Shown in pieces: positions 52,734-64,000 of a DNA stretch of 64,000 bases (positions are counted from its first letter, which is position 1; each line of letters begins with the position of its first letter). Position numbers and translations under genes: made by a program. This stretch comes from an uncultured Actinomycetota bacterium (GTDB taxonomy: Bacteria > Actinomycetota > Actinomycetes > Mycobacteriales > Mycobacteriaceae). Below the pieces are notes generated by a model, which was not told the origin of the DNA, ran no database searches, and saw nothing but the letters and a program-made list of their open reading frames with translations. The stretch lies in assembly GCA_963751485.1 (NCBI GenBank), contig CAVVUT010000018.1, positions 312,970-376,969 on the forward strand, given 5' to 3'.

Positions 52734-53726
52734 ATGCGTGACACCGGTGTCGAACCCAAGGTCATTCGAGACGCCGTATGGCTGGCCTGCCGGGCGCCGT
52801 CGCTGCACAACAGTCAACCGTGGCACTGGCGCGTCGAAGGCGACGTCGTGCAGCTCTACGTCGATCCAAATCGGGCGCCCCGGCGCACCGACCAGTCGGG
52901 CAGGGAGGCGCTCATCGGTTGCGGCGCCGCACTCGACCACTTCCGCGTGGCGATGGCGGCGGCAGGGTGGACGGCGAACGTCGAGCGGTTCCCGAACCCC
53001 AACAATTTTCTGCATCTTGCGTCGGTCGACTTCACCCCGATGGATTACGTCACCGACGCGCATCGGCATCGCGCGAACGCCATTCTTGCCCGCCGCACCG
53101 ATCGGCTTCCGTTCACCCCACCACCGAACTGGCAGTCGATGGAAGCCGAGTTACGGCAAGCCGTCGAAGGCCACGGGGTATTTCTTGATGTGATCGCCGA
53201 CGAGCTGCGCCCGGAGCTTGCCGAGGCGTCCCAACTCGCCGAATCGCTTCGGCTCTACGATTCCGGCTACCACGCCGAACTTCTCGGCTGGACAACGGGT
53301 TTCAAATTGACTGACGGGATACCGTCAAGCTCCCTGGTGTCGGCCGCTGAGAGCGATCGGGTCGATGTCGGGCGGAATTTTCCGGTGACGCACCATTCGG
53401 ACCGCCGCCCCTGGGTGGACCAGGATCACGCCAAGATCCTTGTGCTGTCGAGCAATGACAGCACACACGATGATGTTCTGCGTTCCGGCGAAGCGCTGTC
53501 AGCCGTTCTGCTGGAAGCGACGATGGCGGGTTTGGCGACCTGCACGCTGACGCATCTGACCGAGGTCCTTGCCAGCCGCATGGTCGTCGGCACGTTGATC
53601 GGGAAGAACACGACGCCGCAGGTCTTGATACGCGTCGGTCAGGCACCCAGTGTCGGAGAAACGATCCCGCCGACGCCGCGCCGCCCGCTGGCCGAGGTTC
53701 TCGATATGCCCCCCGCAGACCAATGA
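52734..53726 (+). CDS. Acg-family FMN-binding nitroreductase-fold protein
   Basis: ACRAPSLHNSQPW, RRTDRLPF. Confidence 0.9.
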   Translation: MRDTGVEPKVIRDAVWLACRAPSLHNSQPWHWRVEGDVVQLYVDPNRAPRRTDQSGREALIGCGAALDHFRVAMAAAGWTANVERFPNPNNFLHLASVDFTPMDYVTDAHRHRANAILARRTDRLPFTPPPNWQSMEAELRQAVEGHGVFLDVIADELRPELAEASQLAESLRLYDSGYHAELLGWTTGFKLTDGIPSSSLVSAAESDRVDVGRNFPVTHHSDRRPWVDQDHAKILVLSSNDSTHDDVLRSGEALSAVLLEATMAGLATCTLTHLTEVLASRMVVGTLIGKNTTPQVLIRVGQAPSVGETIPPTPRRPLAEVLDMPPADQ

Positions 53727-53751
53727 CGTCTGCCCGATGACGGGAGCTGAC

Positions 53752-54615
53752 ATGAACGCACACGAATCAGCGACATCTGTGGTCGTCGGGATCGACGGCT
53801 CTCGATCCGCCCTCGACGCCGCACTGTGGGCTGTGGACGAGGCGGTGAGTCGCGATGTTCCGCTGCGGCTGGTGTACGCCATCGACCCGGACCGGTGCAC
53901 CGGATCGAGCAACGAAGACGCGGCACATGATCTCGCCACCGCCGAGATCGCTGTCCGCCACGCGCTGATGGCGGTCGAGTCGACCGACAAACGGGTGAAG
54001 ATCGAGGTCGAGATCCTGCAAGACCGACCGCTGGACGCGCTGCGCGCGGAGTCCCGGTGGGCCGCGATGCTGTGCGTCGGGTCAAAGGGACTCGTGCACA
54101 GCAGCCGTGGCCGCATCGGCTCGACGGCTTCCGCATTGGCCACTTCTGCACATTGCCCTGTCGCGGTTGTCTACGCCCATGACCCACTGCCATCCAAGCG
54201 GGGGTGGGTGGTGACCGACGCCACCGAATCAGCCAGAACCAATGAGGCGCTGCGCCGCGCGGTCGAGGAAGCGCAACTCCGTGGAGCACCTCTCCGCGTC
54301 CTGACCACATGGCAGTCTCGGCCCACCGACGTCGGGCACCATGCGGCCTCGGAGGTCAACGGGTGGGCGGAAGCGGAGTTGGACCGTCGGCTGGCCGAGT
54401 GGAAGACGCGTCATCCCGATCTCGACATCCGCGCGGTGGCCGTACACGGAAGCATTCTGGATTACCTTGCCGAGCACGCAGATTCGATTCAGTTGGTAGT
54501 GACCGCCCGTGACCGTGCGCACGGAATCGCGGAGTTGGTCGGACCGCGGGGTTGCGGTGTGCTCCGCAATGCCAACTGCTCTGTGCTGGTCTGCGACCCG
54601 CAGAACGTATTGTGA
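53752..54615 (+). CDS. Universal stress protein (Rv3134c-like)
   Basis: [17 protein letters not shown]; immediately upstream of devR. Confidence 0.88.
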   Translation: MNAHESATSVVVGIDGSRSALDAALWAVDEAVSRDVPLRLVYAIDPDRCTGSSNEDAAHDLATAEIAVRHALMAVESTDKRVKIEVEILQDRPLDALRAESRWAAMLCVGSKGLVHSSRGRIGSTASALATSAHCPVAVVYAHDPLPSKRGWVVTDATESARTNEALRRAVEEAQLRGAPLRVLTTWQSRPTDVGHHAASEVNGWAEAELDRRLAEWKTRHPDLDIRAVAVHGSILDYLAEHADSIQLVVTARDRAHGIAELVGPRGCGVLRNANCSVLVCDPQNVL

Positions 54616-54656
54616 GCAGATATCTCCAGGGCGATGGGAATTCGGAGGGCCCCACC

Positions 54657-55310
54657 ATGGTGAAGGTCTTTCTGGTCGATGACCACGAGGTGGTCCGGCG
54701 CGGACTGATCGACCTTCTCAGTGCCGACGAGGATCTCGAAGTCGTCGGAGAGGCCGGGTCAGTCGCGGAGGCGATGGCGCGGATTCCGGCGCTGCAACCC
54801 GACGTCGCTGTTCTCGATGTACGGCTCCCCGACGGCAACGGCATCGAACTGTGTCGGGACCTGCTGTCGCGGCTGCCGGACCTGCGGTGCCTCATGCTGA
54901 CGTCGTTCACCTCCGACGAGGCGATGCTTGACGCGATCCTGGCAGGCGCAAGCGGATTCGTGGTCAAGGACATCAAGGGAATGGAACTGGCCAAGGCCAT
55001 CAAGGACGTCGGCGCGGGCCGTTCGCTACTCGACAACCGCGCGGCCGCGGCGCTGATCGCCAAGGTTCGCGGCGACGCCGAGCGGTCTGACCCACTGTCC
55101 GGACTCAGCGATCAGGAACGCGTCCTGCTGGACCTGCTTGGTGAAGGCCTGACCAACAAGCAGATTGCGGCCAGAATGTTCCTCGCCGAGAAGACCGTCA
55201 AGAACTACGTGTCCCGACTGCTCGCCAAGCTCGGCATGGAGCGTCGAACCCAGGCCGCGGTGTTCGTCTCCAAACTGAACCACCCGTCGCATACGGATCC
55301 TGACTCTTAG
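54657..55310 (+). CDS. devR: Hypoxia response regulator DosR/DevR
   Basis: [62 protein letters not shown]. Confidence 0.96.
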   Translation: MVKVFLVDDHEVVRRGLIDLLSADEDLEVVGEAGSVAEAMARIPALQPDVAVLDVRLPDGNGIELCRDLLSRLPDLRCLMLTSFTSDEAMLDAILAGASGFVVKDIKGMELAKAIKDVGAGRSLLDNRAAAALIAKVRGDAERSDPLSGLSDQERVLLDLLGEGLTNKQIAARMFLAEKTVKNYVSRLLAKLGMERRTQAAVFVSKLNHPSHTDPDS

Positions 55311-55315
55311 GGCTT

Positions 55316-56317
55316 TCAGGTCAGGTAGTTGAGCGCCGAGCCGTCCAGTCGGGTCACGACCTCCTCCAGCGGCCGACGTGGTGTCGCAGGCAACGGGTCG
55401 GCATTCACCGGCGCCCATCCGATACGCAACAGCATCTGTGGGTAACCCTCCAGTCCGAACACATCGGCACCGACCGCTGCCCGGATATCGGGAATCTCCA
55501 GAGGTTCGGTGATCGGGCAGCTCGCCAGCCCGGCGGCTGTGGCGGTCAACAACACCAAACTGGTTGCCTCACCAGCGCGTAACTGCGACACCTTGTCGTC
55601 GGCGACGGTGCCGAGAGCGATGACGGCCGCATTGTCCTCCGACGGCGGGGCGTCCGCAGGCTGCGTCAGCACCGCCCCCGCGAACGACCGGGCCGGGATC
55701 GCGGCAGCCGGGTCCGGATCCGGGGTGCTGCGCGCGGGCACGCCTGCCGTCGAACCGTAACGTCCACTCCACGTAGATAATTCGGCCAGATACTCTGGAT
55801 CGTTGTTGTGTCTCCATGCGGCATCCGCGACTTGATGTTTGAGATTGGCGAGGGCATCGACGCGGCGCAGCATGACGCCAGCACGCGCGGTTCGAGCACC
55901 CATCACCGCGATATCCCGTTGCGGCACCGGCCACGAACTGTAGATGCGTCGGTCCGTCCGCCGCCGCGGTATCGCCGCGGCCAGCGAAACATCTACTTCT
56001 GTCGCGGGATAGCGATGAAGCTCCAAGGAAGCCAAGTGATTTGGATCGGCGGCGTTGGGAAATCGATGAACCTTGGCCTGCCAACCAAGCGCCGCGAACG
56101 CAACCTGGCAATGGTTCAGCGTCGCCCCGCAGCTGAGGATCAGATCGCGGGCTTCCGGGTCGGTCCGAGGCAACAGTAGATCGGGGTTGGCGTAGAGATG
56201 CAGGCTCTGCGCGCCGACCCGCCACTGCCACGGCTGCGAATTGTGCAGCGACGGAGCGCGTACCGCCAGCATCAGGGCCGACCGGACCGTCTCGCCATCA
56301 GGGAAATGTGTGCTCAT
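55316..56317 (-). CDS. Acg-family nitroreductase-fold protein (Rv3131-like)
   Basis: AVRAPSLHNSQPW, RRTDRR, QMLLRIGW. Confidence 0.9.
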   Translation of the reverse strand: MSTHFPDGETVRSALMLAVRAPSLHNSQPWQWRVGAQSLHLYANPDLLLPRTDPEARDLILSCGATLNHCQVAFAALGWQAKVHRFPNAADPNHLASLELHRYPATEVDVSLAAAIPRRRTDRRIYSSWPVPQRDIAVMGARTARAGVMLRRVDALANLKHQVADAAWRHNNDPEYLAELSTWSGRYGSTAGVPARSTPDPDPAAAIPARSFAGAVLTQPADAPPSEDNAAVIALGTVADDKVSQLRAGEATSLVLLTATAAGLASCPITEPLEIPDIRAAVGADVFGLEGYPQMLLRIGWAPVNADPLPATPRRPLEEVVTRLDGSALNYLT

Positions 56318-56324
56318 CGTGACC

Positions 56325-57224
56325 TCACTGCCTCGCGACTATCACCGGCATGCGCGCTGCGTGCGCCACGGCAGAACTGACCGAACCCAACAACAGGCCC
56401 GCGAATCCTCCGTGCCCGTGACTACCGACGACTACCAGCTGGGCTTTTTCGGATTCTTCAAGCAGCCGGCGGGCAGGGTTCTCCTCCGCGACGACGCGAC
56501 GGACGACGACATCCGGATAACGCTCGCACCACCCGGCCAGAGATCGTGCCAGTTCCTCTTCGGCTTGCTCCGCCATGACATTCCGCGGGACCTCGATGAT
56601 GAAGTCGGCATTGTTCATCCAGGTGTGAATGGCGACGAGGTCGACGCCGCGTCGGGACGCCTCGTCGAAGGCGATCGATACGGCCAGGTCCGAGGCGGGT
56701 GAACCGTCGACGCCGACGACGACCGGGGCCGTTGCGGGGTGGTCCATCAACGGGTCCTCGTCGTGGATCACCGCCACGGGGCAGCGGGCGTGATGAACGA
56801 GCCCCGAACTGACGGAGCCCAGCAGGAGACGCCGGGCGCCGCCGAGGCCGCGGCAGCCGACGACCAGCATCTCGGCGTCCTTCGACATGTCGACGAGCGT
56901 CGGGACAATGGGACCGGACACCACGCAATGCTCGACGGAAATCTCAGGCGAGTCGGACAGGGCATCGGCGACGACTCGCAGCGCGTCGGCCATCACTGTC
57001 GCAGCTTGTCGCTCACACGCCTCCTTGTAGTCCTCGGCCACAGGCAGGTCGATCCACGCGCTGACGTCCGCCAAGTGCTGAACATGAACCACCGTCAACG
57101 GCACGCGTCGCAACGCGGCGTCACGAGCCGCCCAGTCCGCTGCCACCCGCGCTGCGGGTGATCCGTCCACCGCGACAACGATGCGGTGGTGATTGGACTC
57201 CGAAGTCTTTGATGTCGAGGCCAT
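56325..57224 (-). CDS. Tandem universal stress protein
   Basis: [37 protein letters not shown]. Confidence 0.92.
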   Translation of the reverse strand: MASTSKTSESNHHRIVVAVDGSPAARVAADWAARDAALRRVPLTVVHVQHLADVSAWIDLPVAEDYKEACERQAATVMADALRVVADALSDSPEISVEHCVVSGPIVPTLVDMSKDAEMLVVGCRGLGGARRLLLGSVSSGLVHHARCPVAVIHDEDPLMDHPATAPVVVGVDGSPASDLAVSIAFDEASRRGVDLVAIHTWMNNADFIIEVPRNVMAEQAEEELARSLAGWCERYPDVVVRRVVAEENPARRLLEESEKAQLVVVGSHGHGGFAGLLLGSVSSAVAHAARMPVIVARQ

Positions 57225-57244
57225 TTCGCTCTCCTTCGCCTCAT

Positions 57245-57682
57245 CTATCCGAAGTCGAGGATGTAGTCGGGCTCGGCACCGAACTGAAAGTGTCGTCCGG
57301 TGATCTGGGTGGGAACGATGCGAATGAAGCGTAGTTTTGGCGTTGCCGTCCACGGATGCACCTGCGCACGCTCCGCCTCTTCTAAGTCGTCCAATCTGGA
57401 CAGCACATGTGCATAACCCTTGACGACGACGCTCCAGCCGGCCTCGACGTTGTGCTCGTCGGCTTCGAACGCCACCCGCTGATTGACGACGGCCGAGGCG
57501 AGTTTGGTGCCCTCTGCTGTGCGGATCAGGATCGTCCTGCGCTGCACCACGAAATTGACCGGGAAGATGTCGGGCTGTCCGGCCGCACTTGTCGCAAGCC
57601 GACCCAGCGTGACGCCGGACAATCGCGCCCAGCTGTCCGCCTCCGACAGCTGCGTCACAGGCGCTTCCTGAGGCTTTGTCAT
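57245..57682 (-). CDS. Pyridoxamine 5'-phosphate oxidase-like (FDOR) protein
   Basis: [27 protein letters not shown]. Confidence 0.85.
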   Translation of the reverse strand: MTKPQEAPVTQLSEADSWARLSGVTLGRLATSAAGQPDIFPVNFVVQRRTILIRTAEGTKLASAVVNQRVAFEADEHNVEAGWSVVVKGYAHVLSRLDDLEEAERAQVHPWTATPKLRFIRIVPTQITGRHFQFGAEPDYILDFG

Positions 57683-57754
57683 CGTGCACTCCTTGATGGT
57701 GCGGACCTCAGTTGTCCGCGTAACCAAAGCCTCTGTCGCGCGCGCAGCCGAAAC

Positions 57755-57793
57755 AATGGACCAAAGGCCCGACTTTGCGGGCGAGAGTCCCGA
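57755..57793. promoter_or_regulatory. Tandem DosR boxes
   Basis: Minus strand TCGGGACTCTCGCCCGCA and TCGGGCCTTTGGTCCATT upstream of the PNPOx-usp-acg operon. Confidence 0.65.
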
Positions 57794-57805
57794 ACACGGC
57801 AACGG

Positions 57806-59017
57806 CTAGGCCGGCTGGGCGGCGTTCACCTTCGTATCGAGCCAGCGGATGCCCACCCACGTCGTCGCGCTGTGCACGACGAGGCTCAGCGTCACCGTCA
57901 CCGCGACGACCTGGGTGATGAGCGACTCCTGCTCGATCTCCCCGCGATTGACCATCAGCAGGCCGAGCACCAGGGTGCCGATGCCGCGCGGACCGAACCA
58001 GCCGATGAACAGTCTGCCGTGCATCGGCATGTCACTGCGGACCAGCGCGACGAGCACCGCGATCATGCGCACCACGAGCAGCGCGATGATCGCGAACACC
58101 ACCACCCGCCAACCCGCGTCGCGCCAGCCGACGATCACCGCATAGCCGCCGAACATCGCGAACACCATCAGCTCGAGCAGCTGGCCTGCGGCATCGGACA
58201 CCTGCATGTCCGGGTGGACGCCTCCGCGCCGCGCGGTGACCGCGAACGCCAACCCGCCTGCGAAGGCCGCGACGAAACCGCTGCCGTGCAAGCGTTCTCC
58301 GGCCGCGAAGCACACCAACGCGATGGCGAGGGTGGCGAGCTGCGCCCAGGTATCGCTCATCCATCCGCGACGGCGCGACCGGGCGATGACCCAGCCCCCG
58401 ATCACTCCGATCGCCGCACCGACCACGAGGGAAACGCCCTCGGTGCGGACCAGGAACCAGCCCCACCGGGCGGCGTTGTGATCGGTGCGCTCCGAGGCGA
58501 GGGCCAGCGCGGCGAGCATGGCCGCGAGCGCGAACCCGTCGTAGAACCCGCTCTCGGTGGACAGCGCATGACGGATACGTTCGGGGATGCGCCGATCTTC
58601 GAGCAGCGCATCGATCAAAGCGACCTCGGTCGGGGCGACGATTGCCGCCAGGCACAAGGCTTCCCACACCGGCATGACGGGTAGCACCAGAAGCGCGGTC
58701 AGCATGCCGAGCCCGATCGCCAGCGGAACCCCGATCACCAGCAGGCGGAAGGTGATCCCCCTGCGCCGTATCACGGCGTCCAGGTCGAGCTCGCAGGCCT
58801 GGTTGAACAGGATGACCGTCAGGGCCAATTGGGCGATAACGGTGAAGTTCGCGGCGTCCGTTTCGCCCTCGATGAGCTTGAGTCCGAACGGGCCCAACAC
58901 AATTCCGAAGAGGACGAAGATCAGCGCGGGCGCGGTGTACCACTTCTTGACCAGACCCGACACCACCGCGTAGCACAGCACGAGGATTGTGAGCACGAAC
59001 ACGGTGTCGGTGCTCAC
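57806..59017 (-). CDS. CPA1 cation:proton antiporter (NhaP-like)
   Basis: About 12 TM helices; APTEVAL, ESGFYDG, GWFGPRGIGT. Confidence 0.85.
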   Translation of the reverse strand: MSTDTVFVLTILVLCYAVVSGLVKKWYTAPALIFVLFGIVLGPFGLKLIEGETDAANFTVIAQLALTVILFNQACELDLDAVIRRRGITFRLLVIGVPLAIGLGMLTALLVLPVMPVWEALCLAAIVAPTEVALIDALLEDRRIPERIRHALSTESGFYDGFALAAMLAALALASERTDHNAARWGWFLVRTEGVSLVVGAAIGVIGGWVIARSRRRGWMSDTWAQLATLAIALVCFAAGERLHGSGFVAAFAGGLAFAVTARRGGVHPDMQVSDAAGQLLELMVFAMFGGYAVIVGWRDAGWRVVVFAIIALLVVRMIAVLVALVRSDMPMHGRLFIGWFGPRGIGTLVLGLLMVNRGEIEQESLITQVVAVTVTLSLVVHSATTWVGIRWLDTKVNAAQPA

Positions 59018-59022
59018 GGCAG

Positions 59023-59904
59023 TCAGGCTCCGTTGTTCGGGCCGCCGGAGTTGGCGCCGGGGATGTCGGTGATCGGGAAGTTCGGCATCGGCGGCGGTGA
59101 TGGCGTGTTGGGCAGCGGCGGGATGGCGTCGACGACGATATCGCGAAGGTCGTTGGCGGGCGGGCCGTTATCGCGACTGCCGTAGCTGCTGCCGGGCTCG
59201 CGGGGGCCGAGAAGCTCGCTGACCGTCACCAGGTGGTAGCCGTTGGCCTTCAACACCGGAATGAACTGATACACCAGATCCACTGTGCTGGAATAGGTGT
59301 CGTGGAAGAGCACCACTGATCCCGGCTTGATCTGCGTCATCAGCATGTAGCGGGTCGCCGCGATGTTGGCGTCGTTGATCCAGTCGAACGGGATCACGTC
59401 CCAGTTGATGTCGGCGAGACCCTGCCGCTTGGCTTCGGCGAGCACCTGGTCGTTGACGAGCCCGCCTGCGGTGCGGACCAGCTTCGGGCGCTGGCCCGTC
59501 GCCGCCTCGATGGCATCGCTGGCCTTGCTGAACTGCGCGGCGATGTCCTCCGGCGGGATGGTCGTCATATTGGGGTGTTCCCAAGTGTGGTTGCCGATTT
59601 CCATGCCCGCTTCGGCGACGCGCTTTGCGCCTTCTGGATTCGCGGCGACCTTGTTGCCGATCTCGAAGAACGTCGCCTTCGCGTTGTTGTCCTTCAGGAT
59701 CTGCAGCAGCCGGTCGGTATACGGGCCAGGGCCGTCGTCGAACGTCAACGCCACGCATTTGGCCTTGGCGCAGTCCACGCCGTCGGGCGCATCCGTGGCG
59801 GCGTGTCCGGTGAACAACGCGAACACCACGACCGCCACGGCGGCGACGACGCCGAGCGCCATCAGGCCGTATTGCCAGGTCCGGCTGTCGCTTCGCTTCG
59901 GCAC
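59023..59904 (-). CDS. Polysaccharide (peptidoglycan) deacetylase, Rv1096-like
   Basis: ALTFDDGP, NHTWEHP, VLFHD (CE4/NodB motifs). Confidence 0.92.
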   Translation of the reverse strand: MPKRSDSRTWQYGLMALGVVAAVAVVVFALFTGHAATDAPDGVDCAKAKCVALTFDDGPGPYTDRLLQILKDNNAKATFFEIGNKVAANPEGAKRVAEAGMEIGNHTWEHPNMTTIPPEDIAAQFSKASDAIEAATGQRPKLVRTAGGLVNDQVLAEAKRQGLADINWDVIPFDWINDANIAATRYMLMTQIKPGSVVLFHDTYSSTVDLVYQFIPVLKANGYHLVTVSELLGPREPGSSYGSRDNGPPANDLRDIVVDAIPPLPNTPSPPPMPNFPITDIPGANSGGPNNGA

Positions 59905-59983
59905 GGCCGCAGCTTACCGGTCGAACCTGGAGTGATTTCGGCGTGCGCAGTTGCGCATATCGCGACCAATCACGCCCAAATCA

Positions 59984-61297
59984 CTAAGGCAGCGCGCCTG
60001 GGCTGATTTCCTCCAGCATCTCGGTGACCAGTGCCGCGATCGGCGAGCGTTCGCTGCGCAGCAGCGTGATGTGGGCGAACAGCGGGTGGCCCTTGAGCTT
60101 CTCGATAACCGCCGCGACGCCGTCGTGCCTGCCGACTCGCAGGTTGTCGCGCTGCGCGACGTCATGGGTGAGCACCACCCGCGAACCCGCGCCGAGCCGG
60201 GACAGCACGGTCAGCAACACATTGCGTTCCAGCGACTGCGCCTCGTCGACGATCACGAACGAGTCGTGCAGCGAGCGGCCGCGGATGTGGGTCAGCGGCA
60301 GCACCTCGAGCATGCCGCGGGAGAGCACCTCTTCGAGCACTGCGGGGCTGGCCAACCCTTCGAGGGTGTCGAAGACGGCCTGCGCCCACGGCCCCATCTT
60401 CTCGCTCTCGCTACCGGGCAGGTACCCGAGGTCTTGGCCGCCGACGGCGTACAGCGGCCGGAAGACGACGACCTTGCGCTGCGTTCGCCGTTCGAGCACG
60501 GCTTCCAGACCGGCGCACAGTGCCAGCGCGGACTTGCCGGTGCCCGCCTTACCGCCCAGCGACACGATGCCGACCGACTCGTCGAGCAATAGGTCGAGCG
60601 CCACCCGCTGTTCGGCCGAGCGGCCGCGCAACCCGAACACCTCGCGGTCACCGCGGACCAGCTGCACCCGCTTGTCCTGATTGACTCGGCCCAGCGCGTG
60701 CGAGTTACCGCCGAGCAGCCGGATTCCGGTGTGGCACGGCAGATCCCGCGTCGCTTCCAGATCGATCTCGCCCTCGGCGAACAGCGTGTCGATCATCTCG
60801 GTGGACACATCGATCTCGTCCATTCCGGTCCAGCCCGACGTGATGACGTCCTGCGCGTGATACTCGTCGGCGGACAGCCCGACGGCGCCTGCCTTGACTC
60901 GCAGCGGAATGTCCTTGCTCACCAACGTGACTGGCTTGCCTTCGGCGGCGAGATTCGCGGCGCAGGTCAGGATGCGCGCATCGTTGGTCTCGGTGCGGAA
61001 GCCCGCGGGCAACACCGTCGGGTCGCTGTGATTGAGCTCGACATGCAGCGTACCGCCCTGCGTGCCAACGGGAATCGGCTGATCCAGGCGTCCGTGCTCG
61101 AGTCGTAGGTCGTCGAACAGACGCAACGCCTGCCTGGCGAACCAACCTAGTTCATGGTGATGGCGTTTAGCCTCCAGCTCGCTGATGACGACCAGCGGGA
61201 CAACCACTTCGTGCTCGGCGAACCGCGTACAGGCCCATGGGTCGGACAGCAGTACGGACGTGTCGAGCACGTAGGTCCGGGTGGAGGAATCGGTCAC
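59984..61297 (-). CDS. phoH2: PhoH2 (PIN domain + PhoH ATPase)
   Basis: [12 protein letters not shown] motif, [17 protein letters not shown]. Confidence 0.95.
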   Translation of the reverse strand: MTDSSTRTYVLDTSVLLSDPWACTRFAEHEVVVPLVVISELEAKRHHHELGWFARQALRLFDDLRLEHGRLDQPIPVGTQGGTLHVELNHSDPTVLPAGFRTETNDARILTCAANLAAEGKPVTLVSKDIPLRVKAGAVGLSADEYHAQDVITSGWTGMDEIDVSTEMIDTLFAEGEIDLEATRDLPCHTGIRLLGGNSHALGRVNQDKRVQLVRGDREVFGLRGRSAEQRVALDLLLDESVGIVSLGGKAGTGKSALALCAGLEAVLERRTQRKVVVFRPLYAVGGQDLGYLPGSESEKMGPWAQAVFDTLEGLASPAVLEEVLSRGMLEVLPLTHIRGRSLHDSFVIVDEAQSLERNVLLTVLSRLGAGSRVVLTHDVAQRDNLRVGRHDGVAAVIEKLKGHPLFAHITLLRSERSPIAALVTEMLEEISPGALP

Positions 61298-61516
61298 GTA
61301 GCGCTCCTCGAGCCCGCGCGGCCCCGCACGAACCTCTCGGCGGACACTGCGGCACCAGGGCCGGGGCCGGCCCTCCCGGATCGAGTCGATCGGTACCGCC
61401 CGGACAGCAGAGCATGTCGCTAGCCATCGCAAACGACGCTACTCCCGAAATGGCAAGCGTGTCGTGCAGGCGCGCCGGGGTTTAACCACCCGGCAACGTG
61501 CCAAGAAACCGCGGGT

Positions 61517-62347
61517 CTACCCGGCGTTCACGAACTCGCGAAGTTTCGGCTCATCGGCCAGACCCCACGCCGTGATCCGGTCCGAGATCACGTTGCGCAA
61601 AATCGCTTCGTCGAAGATGCCGGCCTCCGCGACGGCCTGAATCTTGTCCTTGTAAGCGTCGATATCGGCGCCGACCACGTCCAGTTCGGCGGCGCGGCGC
61701 GCGATCGCATCGATGGTCTCGTCGCGGCTGTACTCCAGCAGGTGCGCGACGAGGTTTCCGAAGAACTCCTCGTGCCGCTCCTCGTCCCTGGCAATGCGAC
61801 CCATCAGGCCGTTGAGCACCGGCTCGGCGATCTGCGCCTCGAGGTTGCGGCAGTACACGGCGTACGAGCGCTCGTGGAACGCCATGAAAACCAGGCGTCC
61901 GATCTGGCTGTAGGTGTCGGCGCGATAGCCCTTCATGACGTGTTCGACGCGGACGTCCTCGTTGGCCGTCGGATCGATTTCCCGTGTCACGACAAGGTAA
62001 TTGCGCAACGCGATCGCGTGCAGGTGCTCCTCGGCGGTCCACCGGCCGAGCCACCGACCCCACTTCTCCTCGAGGATGAAGCTGAACACGAACTCGCGGT
62101 GGTAGCCGGCGAGGTTGTCCTTCTCGATCAGCAGGATCTCGAGCGCATCGGTGATGTGCTTGGGCAGGGTGACCTCTGATGGATCCCAGTCCCGGCCACC
62201 GAGAAACGCGAAGTTCTCACCCTGTTCGAACGGCACGTAATCGTGCGCGAACCAGAGCTCTTCGGTCTCGAGATGCCGATCCAGGTTCGCAGCCACGACG
62301 GGCTCGAGTTCCAGGACCAATGCGTTAGGGACAGGTTTCTGCGCCAT
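61517..62347 (-). CDS. desA2: Acyl-ACP desaturase family protein DesA2
   Basis: WFAHDYVPF, WTAEEHLH, IARDEERHEEFF; synteny. Confidence 0.93.
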   Translation of the reverse strand: MAQKPVPNALVLELEPVVAANLDRHLETEELWFAHDYVPFEQGENFAFLGGRDWDPSEVTLPKHITDALEILLIEKDNLAGYHREFVFSFILEEKWGRWLGRWTAEEHLHAIALRNYLVVTREIDPTANEDVRVEHVMKGYRADTYSQIGRLVFMAFHERSYAVYCRNLEAQIAEPVLNGLMGRIARDEERHEEFFGNLVAHLLEYSRDETIDAIARRAAELDVVGADIDAYKDKIQAVAEAGIFDEAILRNVISDRITAWGLADEPKLREFVNAG

Positions 62348-62428
62348 AAAAGTAACTGTAACCCAGGTTCACACCTTTTTGAAATCGGCCGGACGCCGGC
62401 GTTTCGCGCACGGCCGTGAGGCCGCGAA

Positions 62429-63898
62429 TTACAGCGTCAGGCCGGGGTACAGCGGGTGGGCGGCCAGCAGTTCGGCGGCCGCCGCATGCACCCGTGCCGC
62501 GGTGCCGTCGGCCAGCTTGTACTTGGCCTTGGACGGACCCGATGAGGCTGCGGCGGCCTCGGTGTTGTCGAGCACGTCGACGATCAGCTCGGCCACCCGG
62601 TCGAACTCGGCGGGACCGAAGCCGCGGGTGGTGAGTGCCGGGGTGCCGAGCCGGATGCCGCTGGAGTACCACGCGCCGTTTGGATCTTTCGGGATCGAGT
62701 TGCGGTTGGTGACGACGCCGGAGTCCAGCAGCGCCGACTCGGCCTGCCGCCCCGTCACACCGAAGGACTGCACGTCGAGCAGCACGATGTGGTTGTCGGT
62801 GCCGCCGGTGACCAGCGTCGCGCCGCGCTTCAGGAAGCCTTCTGCCAGCGCCTTGGCGTTGTCGGCGACGCGCTGCGCGTAGGCCTGGAACGCCGGCTGG
62901 CGCGCCTCGGCCAGCGCGACGGCCTTGGCCGCCATCACGTGCGACAGCGGACCGCCGAGGACCATCGGGCAGCCCTTGTCGACGGCGTCGGCATATTCCG
63001 GGGTGGTCAGCACCAGCCCGCCGCGCGGCCCGCGCAGCGACTTGTGCGTCGTCGTCGTGGTCACGTGGGCGTGCGGCACCGGGTCCTCGTCACCGGTGAA
63101 CACCTTGCCCGCGACCAGGCCGGCGAAGTGGGCCATGTCGACCATCAGCGTCGCGCCGACCTCGTCGGCGATCTCACGCAGCTTGGCGAAGTTCACCCGC
63201 CGCGGATACGCCGAGTAGCCACCGACCAGAACCAGCGGCTTGAACTCGCGGGCGGCTTCGGCCAGCGCGTCGTAGTCGAGCAGACCGGACTGCGGGTCGG
63301 TGCCGTAGCTGCGCTGGTAGAACATCTTGCCGCTGATGTTGGGCCGGAACCCGTGGGTGAGGTGTCCCCCCGCGTCCAGCGACATGCCCATCAGCCGCTG
63401 GTTGCCCAGCTTGCCGCGAAGGTTCTCCCAGTCCGCCTCGGACAGGTCGTTGACGTTCTTGACGCCCGCTTCGGCCAGGCCGGGCGCTTCGACGCGGGTG
63501 GCCAGGATGGCCCAGTAGGCGACGAGGTTGGCGTCGATGCCGGAATGGGGCTGGACGTACGCGTGTGGCGATCCGAACAGCTGCTCGGCGTGCTCTGCGG
63601 CGACCGATTCGACCGTGTCGACGTTCTGGCAGCCGGCGTAGAAGCGGTGCCCGATGGTGCCCTCGGCGTACTTGTCGGAAAGCCAGGTGCCCATGGTCAG
63701 CAGCACGGCGGGCGAGGCGTAGTTCTCGCTTGCGATCAGCTTGAGCGAATCCCGTTGATCGGCAAGCTCTTTGCGTGTCGCCGCGGCGATGCGCGGTTCG
63801 ACGGATTCGATGATCTGCAGGATGTCGCGGTACGCGGCGCTCGCGGTTTCGGCGTAGTCGGCGCCGGGTGCAGGTGCGGTGGTGGAATCAGCCGTCAT
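62429..63898 (-). CDS. glyA: Serine hydroxymethyltransferase
   Basis: [43 protein letters not shown]. Confidence 0.97.
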   Translation of the reverse strand: MTADSTTAPAPGADYAETASAAYRDILQIIESVEPRIAAATRKELADQRDSLKLIASENYASPAVLLTMGTWLSDKYAEGTIGHRFYAGCQNVDTVESVAAEHAEQLFGSPHAYVQPHSGIDANLVAYWAILATRVEAPGLAEAGVKNVNDLSEADWENLRGKLGNQRLMGMSLDAGGHLTHGFRPNISGKMFYQRSYGTDPQSGLLDYDALAEAAREFKPLVLVGGYSAYPRRVNFAKLREIADEVGATLMVDMAHFAGLVAGKVFTGDEDPVPHAHVTTTTTHKSLRGPRGGLVLTTPEYADAVDKGCPMVLGGPLSHVMAAKAVALAEARQPAFQAYAQRVADNAKALAEGFLKRGATLVTGGTDNHIVLLDVQSFGVTGRQAESALLDSGVVTNRNSIPKDPNGAWYSSGIRLGTPALTTRGFGPAEFDRVAELIVDVLDNTEAAAASSGPSKAKYKLADGTAARVHAAAAELLAAHPLYPGLTL

Positions 63899-64000
63899 GC
63901 CTGTCAGCCTACGTCCCCGGGAATCGCGTCGACCGTGCGGTTTCATACGGCCAGATGGCGTGTCGCGGGCGAAACGGCACGCTCGAATCAGGCGGCGCGC

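Noticed and set aside
61517-62347. ASdes-type antisense RNA in desA2
   Set aside because: Nothing in the sequence alone supports a transcript
63899-64000. ZTP (pfl) riboswitch upstream of glyA
   Set aside because: Conserved motifs not recognisable in the available 100 nt; the leader may extend beyond the window

Overview
High-GC window from a rapidly growing mycobacterium (Mycolicibacterium-like), syntenic with the M. tuberculosis Rv1093-Rv1120c region (glyA-desA2-phoH2-fumC-glpX-3beta-HSD-xseAB-ispH-ychF) with many accessory insertions. Main contents: (1) an mce3-like yrbEAB-mceABCDEF lipid-import operon with a divergent TetR; (2) a kinase/PLP-phospholyase fusion gene, a yybP-ykoY Mn riboswitch before a TMEM165/GDT1 gene, a LuxR-STAND regulator, and a BetI-type TetR divergent from an NCS1 permease; (3) an IS1547-like IS110 element inserted into one arm of a REP-like palindrome. 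Its upstream non-coding end carries segments matching the target and the element ends in bridge-RNA order, which is the most striking observation here; (4) a ~2.5 kb integrase-less islet bounded by a duplicate of the ychF 3' end; (5) a sulfatase-HAD-FGE operon lying between two genes with KstR boxes; (6) a DosR/DosS hypoxia cluster with DosR boxes. At least five single-base frame breaks may be sequencing or assembly indels rather than true pseudogenes. No rRNA, tRNA or CRISPR array was seen. All family assignments come from motif recognition by eye; no database searches were run.
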